From positions 62,001 to 126,000 of the forward strand of contig NW_027590479.1 of assembly GCF_964213995.1 (NCBI RefSeq): DNA of 64,000 bases, in the 5' to 3' direction. Positions 48,141-60,760 of the stretch are shown one piece after another. Source of the stretch: Mustelus asterias. Its lineage: Eukaryota. Each line of letters begins with the position of its first letter. Position 1 is the stretch's first letter. Both the position numbers and the translations under genes were made by a program. The notes under the pieces were generated by a model. The model was not told the DNA's origin and made no database searches. It was given only the letters and a program-made list of their open reading frames with translations.

Positions 48141-50767
48141 TGTCCATGAAATATTTCATCATTTCCCACGTCAGATATTTGAGCGCTTACTTATTTTTCA
48201 ATAACCCTCAATGGAGAAAATGACCTTTGTTGTAGCAATTTCCATTCAGTTGTCCCAGTGATAGCCTTCAATCCATTTCTGCCTTCTGTGAGTGTACAAA
48301 AACTCCAATCACTCCATGCATTTGAATTGAAGATTATTTAAAAATGTAATTATTTATTGATAACCGTTCTGTTGTGCGTTGTTGCTTTTGGAGTGATTTC
48401 AGATAGTCTATTTCGTTCCCAGCATCGACTCTCATGTCTTTCGAGCTCAGTTGGAAAATTGATTAAATCACGTCGTGAATGAGGAGCGGATTACTGACAA
48501 ATGATTAACTCAACCTCTCACAGAAAGGCCTCACACAAAATTCGAACGCGCAAATGATGGCAAAAACGTTCCTGGGCTGTACTTGACAGGAGATAAAGAC
48601 TCTCGGAATTCTCAGACTTCTTATTGCTATTGATGCAAAGGATGGAAACCTTTGCTTCTCGCCAGAGAATGTGCAATATTTCTGTTTCTACAAATTTGAA
48701 CGTTACCTTTCCAAATCACACAGTAATCGCCCGAAATATTTTAGACTGATTGAACTCCCTGCAGATTGTACAATCTAGAAAAATTGATTTTAAAAATGAA
48801 TGAGGATTACATGTAGCATAAAGAGAGACCAGACCTTGTGTAATGTACAAAGTAGTAGGGGCTGGTGTATATGGGCTGCAGAGATTCAAGGCGGCAGCTC
48901 ATCACCACTTTATATGGGTCAATAAGAGCAGGCAACCAATTCTGACCTAACCAGCGACGTCCACATGCTATAAATTATGAATAAAGACAGATATGCCAGT
49001 GCAATGGTAACATAAACTCTTCATGGGAGTAATATAAACCAATATTTGGGCTGCATGGAATAAGAGAGACTGGACCTGCTATAACTTTAGAATAAACAGA
49101 AAAGTTATTTGTGTGATCAGTAAAGAAAAGTACTTTGTCTAATAATAACTAGGAGGAGTCAAATGTACCAAACCAGAGATAGGTCCTTATTCTGAATTGA
49201 TTGTGAAACTGTTTGCAGAAGTAATCGTAGAAAGTTAGAGTGCTAGAATTTGAATAACCGGCTCAAGTCTATCAATAACAGAGACTGTCGGGTCTGTGGA
49301 CAGACTTGACGCTGATATAAGGAAACAGTGATTCTTATGGCCTTAACGCAGGTTTCTGTGTCATTGTGAGTGACATAGCGATTTGTGTGGTAAATACGGA
49401 GAGAAATGTCACGCCAAACGCAGGAGTGACTAACTCCAATCTGACTGAGGGTTAATATTCCCAGAGATTTTTGATATCTGAGGCGACAATGCTGCATCTG
49501 TCAGAGGAACAGAAAATCACCTGTTCCTTCTCATTCTTACCAATAGTTCCCCACTTACACAGACAGACAAATGTCCGATCCGGCATCTTGCAGAAAACAA
49601 GGTTTAAATCTTCAGCTTAGCACATGCGATGACTAAAATTTGAAATTTCAAAACCTCATCGGAGGAAAAACTGTGCATCAAATATGAAGGGTAATTGTGC
49701 TTTTCCTAAACAACTTATATCGTGTGTTATTCTGTTGAAAGCGATGATTTGTAAAGTGTAATGAATATCGGAATTGTTCCTGGCAATTATCAACACACTC
49801 AAGTTCTGTTAAAAGACAGGATTGGCACAAGACGACAGCTATATAAATATTCTCTTCTATTAAGTCTCAGTAAAGGACGGAGATGGATAGAGAAAGGATG
49901 TTAAAATAATGGAAGGTAACTTATGCTATCATTTCCCGGCTTCAGAGAACAGAGGGAGCTCAGTGACTGATCCACTGACCATTCACTTATCTCCTGCAAT
50001 GGAAGCGCTAAATAGATCATAACAGCCTCATTTGTAATTGTCACAGCAAGGTGACTACTGTGACTCTGCCCTAACGCTGTGGACAGATATCGGCTGTCTT
50101 GACAGGTCTTCTCATCAGATTGTGGCCCCTGGATTTATTTTCTGCTCAGAACTGAGATGTGCGGTTTGGAACCGGCAGCAGAGAAACACCAAGTTGTTCA
50201 AAACAGCCGGAGTCAGTTTGATGTTATCTCCATGAACAGTCTCCCTGCCTGTGAAGGTGAACTCACTCTGAGAGCACCAAGAAAAAACAGAGAGATTACT
50301 GCCGCTCTCAGCATTACATTTACACCCATTCCAATTTTAAAGAATAAAACCAATGACAATATTTGGGTTTTAACACATTAACTGAAGGGGACTTGGAGAA
50401 AAAAAAGGAAAATTCAAGTAATAATTTTGCTCACAGAGTTATTCTAGAACAGAAAAATGTAGATGTGTTAGGTGTTGTGTGGGGGTAAGTGAGGGGACAG
50501 GTAATGCGAGTGAAATAGTCTGTTTCTCTCACTGAATTTCCTCTGATGAGAATTTTGTGATTCATCTTTTCAGTTAGAAGGTACCTGAAGCAAAAACTTA
50601 AGCATTGTTTACTACTAGCTGCCAGGTCCGGCAGGTACCTGTTTTTGTCAGTTGATGGACTGAGAGAGAGGGAGAAGAGAGGTTATCTGATTTAGGTACA
50701 GTCTGAGACAGAGAGAGGAGAATACAAGCACAGTCAGTCATTTGAAAGATGCATTGCCTTATCAGCG

Positions 50768-51040
50768 GAAGGCACAGTGGTTCGCACTGCTGCCTCAAAG
50801 TGCCAGGGACCCGGATTTGATTCCTGTCTTGGGTCACTGTCTGTGTGGAGTTCGCACATTCTCCGCGTGTCTGCATGGGTTTCCTCCGGGTACTCCGGTT
50901 TCCTCCCAGAATCTGAAAGACGTGCTGGTTAGGCACATTGGTCCGAACAGGCGCCGGAGTTTGGCGAATACGGCAATTTCACAGTAACTTCATTGCAGTG
51001 CTAATGCAAGCCTTACTTGTGAATAATAAAAATAAAATAA
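50768..51040 (+). mobile_element. V-SINE
   Basis: GGCACAGTGGTTCGCACTGCTGCCTCA head, core and A-rich tail. Confidence 0.85.
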
Positions 51041-51701
51041 ACATCTCTTTTAGGAGCGTCCAGGGCAATTCATTACCTTTAGGTATTGACTGAGGCATAG
51101 GATCCATAAGTGAATACTCAATAAATTATCATAACATGCTTAAAGACAATTACAGTTAATTGCAGCTCACTTTTGTAAACAATGAAAAAATATATGTTTC
51201 AGATGCAACCACATCCACACTAACACATACAAGTGCACTCACAGGGGTGGTATGGTTACAAAATGGCTAACACTGCTCTCTTACGACTAACCCAGGTTCA
51301 ATGTTGGCCTTGGGGGTCTGTCTGTGTGAGGTTGCACGTTCTGCCTCTTGGGTTTCTTTCTCGGTGCTTCGTTTCCTCCCACAGCCCAAAGATGTGCATC
51401 TTCGGTGGATTGGTCATGCTAAATTAACCTTTAGTGTCTATTTGCATTGCAACATTGAGACGTTTATTCAGTTCCTAAGTCTCTTTTGAATCAGATCATG
51501 TTACAAGATTCACCCCAAGCTTCCAAACAAATATTACACACAATACGAGAGTGATTAGATATCGTGCACAACAGCTAATAGTCATTAAGAAGACGAAACG
51601 TATTTTTCCAACCAAAGGCGATTGACAGCTTTCACCCATACGCATATATAATATTTTTAAAAAGTTAATATCCATCAAGTCAACTAGTTCTCTTTCTCTC
51701 C

Positions 51702-51742
<41 letters not shown>

Positions 51743-52417
51743 ACACTAACTATCAAATGCATTTTGTAGAGAAGTAATAACTGAGACAGTCTCCGTTTTA
51801 TTATTAGAACCCAATGTAATACAAATCGAGTCACACGTCCGTTTAATAGTGAATTAAATAGAGCCGAACACCATAATAACCGAGAAGGAGCCTAATGGAA
51901 CATAATGGACACTTTATGCAGATAAACAACACTGGAGAAATGAAAACTCGTAGTTTATCTCGCGGCATTTCCACGTGTATTAATAAATGAAACTGCATAG
52001 AATGTAATGTGAATAGATACAATGTCTGTGACAATAATCTCTCAGAAGGAGTCAAATGTAGTATATAAAGAGGCATGGCCTAGTGCATGACTGGATGCGA
52101 CTCCACCTAAAGTAATCAGTGTCTAACGTAGCAATAACCGAGAAAGGATTAATTGGGGCACAAATAGAAGCAAGGCACTGTGCATTAATAAACTAAACTT
52201 CAGATCGCGTTATGAACATACGTACAGTGTTGGAAGAAAGATAAAATGAAACATGTCTAGTCCAGTCATAACTGAAACAATTCATATGCAATAAAACGAT
52301 TGCATGGTTAAATGCAGTAATAATTGAAGTATTCAAACTCAATAATTGAGTGTAATCAAACTAAACTCAATGTGCAATGAAATATAAACGCACACATGGC
52401 CGCACTATAGCAAGTGT

Positions 52418-52700
52418 GGGGCGGCATAGTGGTACAGTGGTTAGCACGGCTGCCTCACAGCGCCAGCGACCTGGTTTCGTTTCCTGGCTTAGGTTTTCCC
52501 TCTGTCTCTGTCTATATTGATTTGCCTCCGGGTGCTCCGGCTTCCTCCCACAGTCCAAAATATGTGCTGGTTCTGTGCATTTTCCATGCTAACCTCTCCC
52601 GCAGTGTACCCGAACAAGTGCCAGAGAGTGGCGACTGGGGGATTTTCACAATAACTCAATTGCAGTGTTAATGTAAGCCTACTTGAGACTCTAATAAATA
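52418..52700 (+). mobile_element. V-SINE
   Basis: GGGCGGCATAGTGGTACAGTGGTTAGCAC head, core and tail. Confidence 0.8.
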
Positions 52701-53104
52701 AGTAAAAACGTAAAAAAAGTTCAGTTGTAGGTTCCACGGAATCATAGCCTAGTTCAGTAAAAACAGTATAAGATCTGATGTTACGAAACCTGAGAGGATC
52801 AATTGCCGTGGTGACAGAGAAAGACTTGGTACAGTAATACCGCTCCAATAATACTCAAAGATTGCTGAGTGTTTCTGGCATGTTTTTTTTTCAGATCCCA
52901 TGCATCTGCAGTATCATGTTTTTGCGCAACCAGACATTGGATGACTAAAAGGATGGTCAATAAAGGGACAGTTTTATGGATTGAGTTAAATGAGGATAGT
53001 GAGATAAAGAGATGTAGTGAGGGAATAATAGAGTTTAAGGGCTAGATAGGTGAAGGCATCACAAACTGAACGAGATGAGCGCTTTCTGATTGTATGGACA
53101 TTTA

Positions 53105-53420
53105 TCCTATCGTTCCCGCAGGACTCATCCAGCCAATTGGAGAGAATCCCATTACACTCCTGACTTGTAACTTGTGGATGTTGGACAGGTTTTGGGGAGT
53201 CAAGAAGTGAGTTATTCGCCACAGGATGCTTATCAGGTGTTTTGATAATCTAGCGGAACAATAATCTGGCAATCCAGCATCCAGGGACTGCTCAGTGGTA
53301 TTCGCCAACGTGTTTAAAATGGGCGATTCAGCGTTGGTAATGCCATTGAATGTCAAGGGGCAATTATAAGAAATTTTCATGTTGGAGATGTCGTTGCATG
53401 TCACTTGTGTGGCGCAAAAC
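53105..53420 (-). mobile_element. Old LINE (CR1/L2-clade) fragment
   Basis: LTPQNLSNIHKLQVRSVMGFSP in ORF 53102-53404. Confidence 0.6.
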
Positions 53421-53558
53421 GGTATTAATAATCATCAATTCAGAAAGAGAGAAAGTTAAATTGACCAATGCCGATAAATTCAATAGATTACTGTACTTTA
53501 GATTACGATAGCATACTAGATGCTATAACTACCATAATTTACAAAAATAAATCATTGT

Positions 53559-53651
53559 TTTCACTAATTATCATCAGTTCACAAACATGAATAATTATTT
53601 CACCAATTACCATCAATTCACAAAGATAAATAATTATTTCACCAATTATTT
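53559..53651. repeat. ~39-bp AT-rich tandem repeat (~2.3 copies)
   Basis: TTTCAC(T/C)AATTA(T/C)CATCA(G/A)TTCACAAA..AATAATTA repeated. Confidence 0.7.
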
Positions 53652-54799
53652 TCAGAATTTTATTATATACGAAATGCAGTGGTTTATTTAATGCAATTTT
53701 TTGACATTGAAATGCATTGAGATCACTTTGGCATTTCTGTCACCAAGGAATTAATTCTGTCCCAGATCTCAGTGAGAAATGGAATTAATTCAGACCGAGG
53801 ACAATGAGCAGCTACTCGGCAGCCTCTGCGCTTTATTGGCAAGTAATCCCCTCACCATCAGACAGAAACTCCTGATATATAACTGGAGTGTGTGATCAGT
53901 TTGAAAGTGACAGGATGAATGGAAAAAAAAAACCTGTACATTAGACGAGGTTGTTGACTCTTAAAATCCCGACTAATTATTAAACTATTTGGGAATGTTT
54001 CTGTTGCCACTGAGGATATGCTCAATGATTTGTTGCACATGAAAGGACCACAAGTTCGAAATATATGCCCTCCTTAACCTAATCATTTTCCCTTATTTTT
54101 ATCTTGGAAATGAATATTTTCACTATCAGTAAAGAACCATCAGTCCCGCCGAAAAATCTCCTCCGTCTCTTAATGAATGCTAGCTCCCGGTAATCTAGGG
54201 ATGGATTTCACCCAGAAAATCTGGATGAGTGGAAGGTATTAAACAGACACAAATAAAATAAAGCAGCTGCTTCAACTTATGAAGTAGTCAAGTACAAATA
54301 TGGGAATGTAGAACACCAGCTTTCAGGGACATCTACTGACGCATCCATCAATTAATTCACTGATTTCTCAATTCAAGTTTTCAGGCACCCAACTTTCATT
54401 CATTCCTGCATCAACGCAATCATCCGTTTATTTTTTGGGCTGATGGTGGCGTAATATTCATGCCATTAGACGTAATCCAGAGGCTCAGATCAATGATGTG
54501 GGGATAGGGGTTTACAGTGGCAGCTGGTGAGATTGAAATGAAACAATCTGGAAGATGTACCGATGGTGACCAGGGAATCCTCTCTCATTCTCCAATGTAG
54601 AAAATCCGCCATCCCTACCTGCTCTCACCAGGATGTGACTCCAGACGGACCACAATATGGCTGAACCTTCATTGTCTTATGAGATGCCGTAGCAAAGCGC
54701 TCAATTCATGAACAGTTAGGGGCGGGAAAGGAATATTGGTCTTGACAGTGATCCCGCAGCCCATGAAAACAAAGGGAGAAAAAAAATATGCATGTTTAC

Positions 54800-56250
54800 G
54801 CATTACTACAGCTATAGAAAACCTTGTGCAGGCCGTACTTGCAGTACTGCCTGGAGTTCTGGTCACCACACTACTAGAAGGACGTGGAAGCTTTGGAGAG
54901 AGTGCAATGAAGTTTCATCACGATGTTGCCTGGTCTCGAGGGTGTTGCCTATGAGCAGAGGTTGAATAAACTAGGATTGTTTCCGAGGAAAATGCAACTG
55001 GTTTGATCAGTAAGTTTGCTGATGACACAAAGGTTGGTGGATTTGCAGATCGTGATTAGGACGTTGAGAGGATACAGCAGGACATAAATCTGTTGGAGAC
55101 TTAGGCGGAGAGATGCAAGATAGAGTTTACTCCGGACAAATATGAGGTAATGCGTCAAGAAGGCATACAGCATGCTTACCTTCCTCGGTCGGGGCATTGA
55201 GTTTAAAAATTGGCAAGTCATGTATAAAAAAATCCAAGTTTATAATAACCTGTGCTCATAGCCAACACCATCGAGACCAGGCATGTTGCAGCTTTATAGA
55301 ACCTTAGTTAGGCTGGATTTGGAATACAGTGTTCAATACTGGTCACCACACTACCAGAAGGATGTGGAGGCTTTGGACAGAGTACAGAACAGATTTAACA
55401 GGATGTTGCATGGAATGGAGGGCATTAGCGATGCTGAAAGTTTGGAGAAACTTGGTTTGTTCTCACTGGAACGACGGAGGTTGAAGGGCGATCTCATAGA
55501 TGTCTACCAGATTACGAGGGGCGTGGACAGAGTGGATAGTCAGAAACTTTTTCGCAGGGTGGAAGAGTCAGTCACTGGGGGGCATCGGTTTGACGTGCGA
55601 GGGGCAAGGTTTAAAGGCGCTGGACCAGGCAAGTTTTTTACACAGAGCGTGGTGGGTGCCTGGAACTCGCTGGTAGGGGAGGTCGTGGAAGCAGAGACGA
55701 CAGGGGCGCCTTGACAAATGCATGAAGAGGATGGGAATAGAAAGATACGATCCCCAGAAGGGGGGGTTTAAGTTCAGTCTGGCAGCATGATCGGTGCAGG
55801 CTTTTTAGACAATAATTGTTCTTTGTTCTTTGTTTTCACTGGAAAGACGGAGGCTGAGGGGAGACCTGATAGTGGTCTAGAAAATTTTGAGAGACAGACA
55901 TGATGGATAGTCAGAGGCTGTTTCGAAGGCGGTAGTGTCAATTACAAGGGGGGACAGGCTCAAGGTGTAAGGGTGAAAATTTATGGGAGGTATGTGCGGA
56001 AAGTTTTTCAGGCAGAAAGTGCTGGGTGCCTGGAACCCGCTACCAGAGCAGGTGGTGGAAGCAGGCACATTCGCATCATTTAAGAGGTAACTGCGTGGGT
56101 ACATGAATATGGAGGAAATAGAGGGGTACAGACCAAGTAAGGGCAGAAAGTTTCTTCTTTAGTTTTGTTGGGACATTATAATCGGCACAGGCTTGGAGGG
56201 CCAAAAGGCCTGCTCCTGTACTGTAATTTTCTTTATTCTTTGTTCTTTTT
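54800..56250 (+). mobile_element. Cluster of degenerate CR1 fragments
   Basis: LQLYRTLVRLDLEYSVQYWSPHY..AWNSL (55283-55714) plus flanking fragments with TTCTTTG tails. Confidence 0.85.
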
Positions 56251-57124
56251 CTTTAACATCAGTCCTCTCTTTGAGTCATCTCTCACAGTCTACCTGCATT
56301 TCTTTTCAACCAACCATCGCAATGTCCTGATGTGTTGGTGAGATCACCATTGTTGCTAACAATGTGCCAGAGAACCTGGTTAACTTTCCTTTCCTGAGAA
56401 ATGGGAACAGTTCAAACACGTTTACAACTTGATAAAAGTAAATTGCCTCCAGTCTTGTTGCCAGGTAGATTTGTTTATGAATATTCCTCATTGACACTGT
56501 TAAGAATTTGACATTTGTACCCAACATTCTCTGCCTGAAAAACTTCCCCCACACATCTCCCTTAGAGTTTACAGACAAGCGGTCAGTACTGAGGAAACAA
56601 ATCTTTGATTTGCAAGTATAAACACCACCAGATGTTTCCTGTAATTAACTTTGGGCGTTTGGCAACCGGCTGGATTGCTGCTAAATGCTGTGTGGGGCAG
56701 ATTAGCGTGAATCCTTATGGAACAAAATGAGATTTAGCCTTTTAGACAATAAATGTTTCATTCCAACAAGAAATGCACATTTTAAATGGTACCCATTCTA
56801 AGCAAATGTTTTAAATGAATACCCTCATCATTATGTGGTTAAATTGTATCAGAAAATAATAAATTGACCAGATGCTATTTTGTTCGTTTAACTTCTCGTA
56901 GGTGTCATTCCAATAATTAAAGCCTATTTGTGAACGACTTAATAAAATGCGACACAGAACTGTTTCCAATTTTGCAGTCTGCTGAGATCAGTGTAATGGC
57001 AACACAATCAATAAAATGATAAGCAAATCATGAATTTGCCTTGAACAGAAGTGATCCCGAGAATATTGCCAGAGATTTGCAACTCATTTAAACGGCAGAA
57101 TCTCTTACAGCAATCAATGAAACG

Positions 57125-57435
57125 TTGCAGTGCAGAAGAAGGCCATTCGGCCCTTCAGGTCTACACAGACAACAATCCCACCCAGGCCCTATCCCATATA
57201 TTTACCCTGTCACTCCCTCTAACTTAAGCATGCCAGGATACTAAGTGGTAATTGAGCATGGCCAATCAACATAACCCGCACATCTTTGCACTGTGGGAGG
57301 AAACCGGACCACCTGGAGGAAACCCAGGCAAACATGGGGAGAATTCGCAAATTCCACAATGCAGTGAAAAGAGCTGGGAATTGTATCCCGATCCTTGGAG
57401 CAGTGCTAACTGTGGTACTATGTCACCGTGCTGCC
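57125..57435 (-). mobile_element. Degenerate HE1/V-SINE
   Basis: CCGCACATCTTTGCACTGTGGGAGGAAACCGG core; head at ~57430. Confidence 0.72.
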
Positions 57436-58366
57436 CTTATAACTAAATAGCACCGTGTTCTATTGTGCAGTATAATCTGATTTCGATTATTTAACAGTCC
57501 TGATCATAGCTGCCAATGAGTGGAGAAGCGGTCAGGCTTGGTTCAATGGAAGATAAACATTTATTCTTGTGATATTGTGTAATAGGCCACAAAGTCCTTA
57601 TATCCTGTGTTCCCAATACCAGTGAATGTTAGACAGCCGGTGGCCAATTAAATGAGCAGCAATAATTTGGATGCTGAAGGACAACTTTACTTGTCACCCT
57701 GTCCGTTCTGATTTTCTGTCAAAAGCCCATGCCAATTTTATGTTTCTCTCTCAACTCACTGCGTAATTATCATGTAAGGGATTTTCTTTACCGCTAATTT
57801 TAATGAGATTGTTATGCGCTCAGAAGCATTTTGAAAAATGTTAGGAGACTCCCGATAATGTGAACAGTTTTTTGTTATTTCGAAAACCAAATTGTATCGT
57901 GATAGCCATTCACAACGTAAGTATCATAATTTGGCTCATCCCTCGCAATTAGTTACAGAAATCGATAACAATTCATCTAATAAATGATGCTTTATTATTT
58001 GAATGAGATTGAGACCCTGCATTGTTGCAAAATAGACTGATTGTCTCTTTATTCTCTGTAAACGTAATTTAGTTTAGTTTTATCTGCTTGCTAAAGGGTG
58101 TGGAAATTAAATAATTACATTTACAATAGAATCAGCGTTTTTAATGCAGAGACGATGAACTGCAAAATCTCCATTAGAAATGAGACATTACAATGAATCT
58201 ATTCAGTCAAACCAATTTTCCGATACCAATAAAAGGTCAATTTTAATAACAATGCATTGTAAATGTCAGAGTCCATTCTGTTAGGCGCATGGAAGATGGG
58301 ACGTGGATCCAATCGCCGCTTCCACCAGGGAATCAAAAGGCTGGAAAGCCGCGCCCTTCAGCCGGG

Positions 58367-58374
58367 TATTTAAA
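58367..58374 (+). promoter_or_regulatory. TATA-like box of the IgH V promoter
   Basis: TATTTAAA ~90-100 bp upstream of the leader ATG. Confidence 0.45.
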
Positions 58375-58465
58375 TGCCACTCACTGGGACCGGAATACAA
58401 CAGTCCGGGAGCTGGTGTGTTCACTGAGTTCCTGACACAACCATTTCCCCCAAATGACCAGAAGG

Positions 58466-58954
58466 ATGAGGTCGACGATTTCTCTCAGTTTGTTGCTGAC
58501 TTTCTTATCCGGTGAGCAGATTTATTGTCCAAGCCTCTCACTGTTACTGTCTCATTGTTATTTTATCTATGGAATGTTGCAGAGTCAGCAATCATTTCAC
58601 CAGGATTAATCCTCTTGTTTTTTGATATATTTGTACAGGTGTCCAGTCGGAGATTATGTTAGCTCAGCCAAAAGCAGAGCCCGGGCATCCCGGAGGCTCC
58701 GTGAGACTGACCAGCAAAACCTACGGGTTCAATCTCGGTAGCGCTCACATGCACTGGATCCGACAGGTTCCCGGAGAGGCGCCGGAGTGGTTGGTTTACG
58801 ACCAAACTTCATCAAGCAACCTGTACGCCCCAGGGATTCAGAATCGATTTACTCCCTCCAAAGACACTTCAACCAACATCTTCTCTTTGGCCGTAACTGA
58901 CCTGAAGACCCAAGACACCGCCATCTATTACTGTGCAGTAGACCATGGGGGTAT
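58466..58954 (+). CDS. IGHV: Immunoglobulin heavy-chain (IgM-type) V segment, apparently germline-joined to D (leader 58466-58511; exon 58639-58954)
   Basis: [15 protein letters not shown] + GTGAG donor; TACAG acceptor; [50 protein letters not shown]; open frame; first Cys replaced by Ser (AGC 58713-58715). Confidence 0.92.
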
Positions 58955-58982
58955 CACAGCATTAACTGCCAACACAAAAGTC
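58955..58982 (+). other. 12-bp-spacer recombination signal sequence
   Basis: CACAGCA-TTAACTGCCAAC-ACAAAAGTC. Confidence 0.88.
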
Positions 58983-59309
58983 CCCTCAGCGCGTATTAAG
59001 TGAGGCTAGGTCAGTGTCGCTTTTACAGTCCAACTCTATTTACAGTGAAGTACTGTTTATGTTCAACTCTGTTCAAATAACACAGTTTAACATGGGAGAT
59101 CTGTGATAACCATTCAATTATCAGTCGGTATTTTCAATAACATGTTCATGTGACACTCTGTGAAATAGAAAAGATTCCGATCATTTATGGAGAGCGAATG
59201 GTACTAAAAATACAATTATAATTTCATGAAAATTCATTGTGAATTTACTTTGCCGCAAGATTATGAATATTTTTTTAAAAGGTGGTTTATGTCGTTTTTG
59301 TGCAGATCC

Positions 59310-59396
59310 GGTTATTGAATCACCCAGCCCAGGGGGTGTAACACAGTGATCCTATGGACGACTGGGGACAAGGGACCATGTTGACGGTGACTGCAG
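59310..59396 (+). other. IGHJ: IgH J segment (59349-59396) with 23-bp RSS (59310-59348)
   Basis: GGTTATTGA-23 bp-CACAGTG, then PMDDWGQGTMLTVTA and phase-1 GTATGA donor at 59397. Confidence 0.92.
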
Positions 59397-60219
59397 GTAT
59401 GAACCATAGATTTATTTGCTAAATATTATATTTGAGTCATTGTTTTACATATTTTTTCTTTATTTCTCAAATCTTCCGATCACTGAATTGTGACTTGGTG
59501 AATCCACTACTGAGATTTAATTGCGAGATTTCGTAGAACCATAGAACCATAGAAAATTACAGCTCAGAAACAGGCCTTTTGGCCCCTCTTGTCTGTGCCG
59601 AACCATTTTTTGCTTAGTCCCACTGACCTATAGAACCAAACCAAATCATGTGATTTATTGTAAAGGAGGTACAGAATTACTCTGTCTCTTGACAAAAGGT
59701 GCTACTGAGGGATTCAGGTTCAAGTTGTTGTGATTTTTATATTTATTTGCTGAGGATACTGCATGGCCATCTGCCCAGCCGTTTGGCGAATTTACAATGA
59801 TTAATCTCGATGGTATTTAATGGTTGTGGGTTGTACCATCTAATACACAAGGGTTTGAAATATAACCCAAGATTAACAAAAAAAGTTAAGGTTTTTACAT
59901 TAATTTATTGAACATGTTCCTCTTACTCACAATGCTAATGCTTTTATTCGATATTGCTGTTTACTTCAACGATTCATTGACTTGGTGACGGGCAGATGTG
60001 TTGCGTTCTCGATTGAGATTCTCTTTGCAAATTTACATTTGATTCTGTTGAAAGTGTTTGTAGCTGAAGTGCTTGAGCAGTTTCTCCAGAAAATTGGCTT
60101 CAGCCTCCCAGTGATGTGCTTTGATGTTTCTTTTTCTGCTGAGGGGATTGTGAGTCTGGATTATTTTGAATAAGTCAAATTTGTGAAATGCTATTGCCTT
60201 TCTGCATTGTTTCCATATT

Positions 60220-60760
60220 AGAACATGGAAAAACTCCAGCACAAACAGGCCCTTCGGCCCACAAGTTGTGCCGAACACATCCCTACCTTCTAGACCTACC
60301 TATAACCCTCTATCCTATTAAGCTCCATGTACTCATCCAGGAGTCTCTTAAAAGACCCTATTGAGTTCGCCTCCACCACCACTGACGGGAGCCGATTCCA
60401 CTCGCCCACCAGCCTCTGTGTGAAAGACTTCCCCCTAACATCTCCCCTGTACCTACCCCCCAGCACCTTAAACCTGTGTCCTCTCGTAGCAGACATTTCC
60501 ACCCTGGGAAAAAGCCTCCGAGAGTCCACCCGATCTATGCCTCTCGACATCTTATACACCTCTATTAGGTCTCCTCTCATCCTTCGTCTCTCCAAGGAGA
60601 AAAGACCGAGCTCCCTCAGCCTACCCTCATAAGGCATGCCACTCAATCCAGGCAACATCCTTGTAAATCTCCTCTGCACCCGTTCAATCTTTTCCACATC
60701 CTTCCTATAGTGAGGCGACCAGAACTGAGCACAGTACTCCAAGTGGGGTCTGACGAGGGT
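60220..60760 (-). mobile_element. Young CR1 3' fragment
   Basis: LVRPHLEYCAQFWSPHY..EWNRLPSVVVEA; near-identical to the 28400-29650 subfamily. Confidence 0.92.

Noticed and set aside
48254-48304. RSS-like CCCAGTG...ACAAAAACT
   Set aside because: Spacer is 35 bp, the heptamer lacks CAC, and there is no adjacent coding segment
50030-50106. J-like segment on the plus strand (TACTGTG..CGQISAVLT)
   Set aside because: No FGxG/WGxG motif and no correctly spaced nonamer
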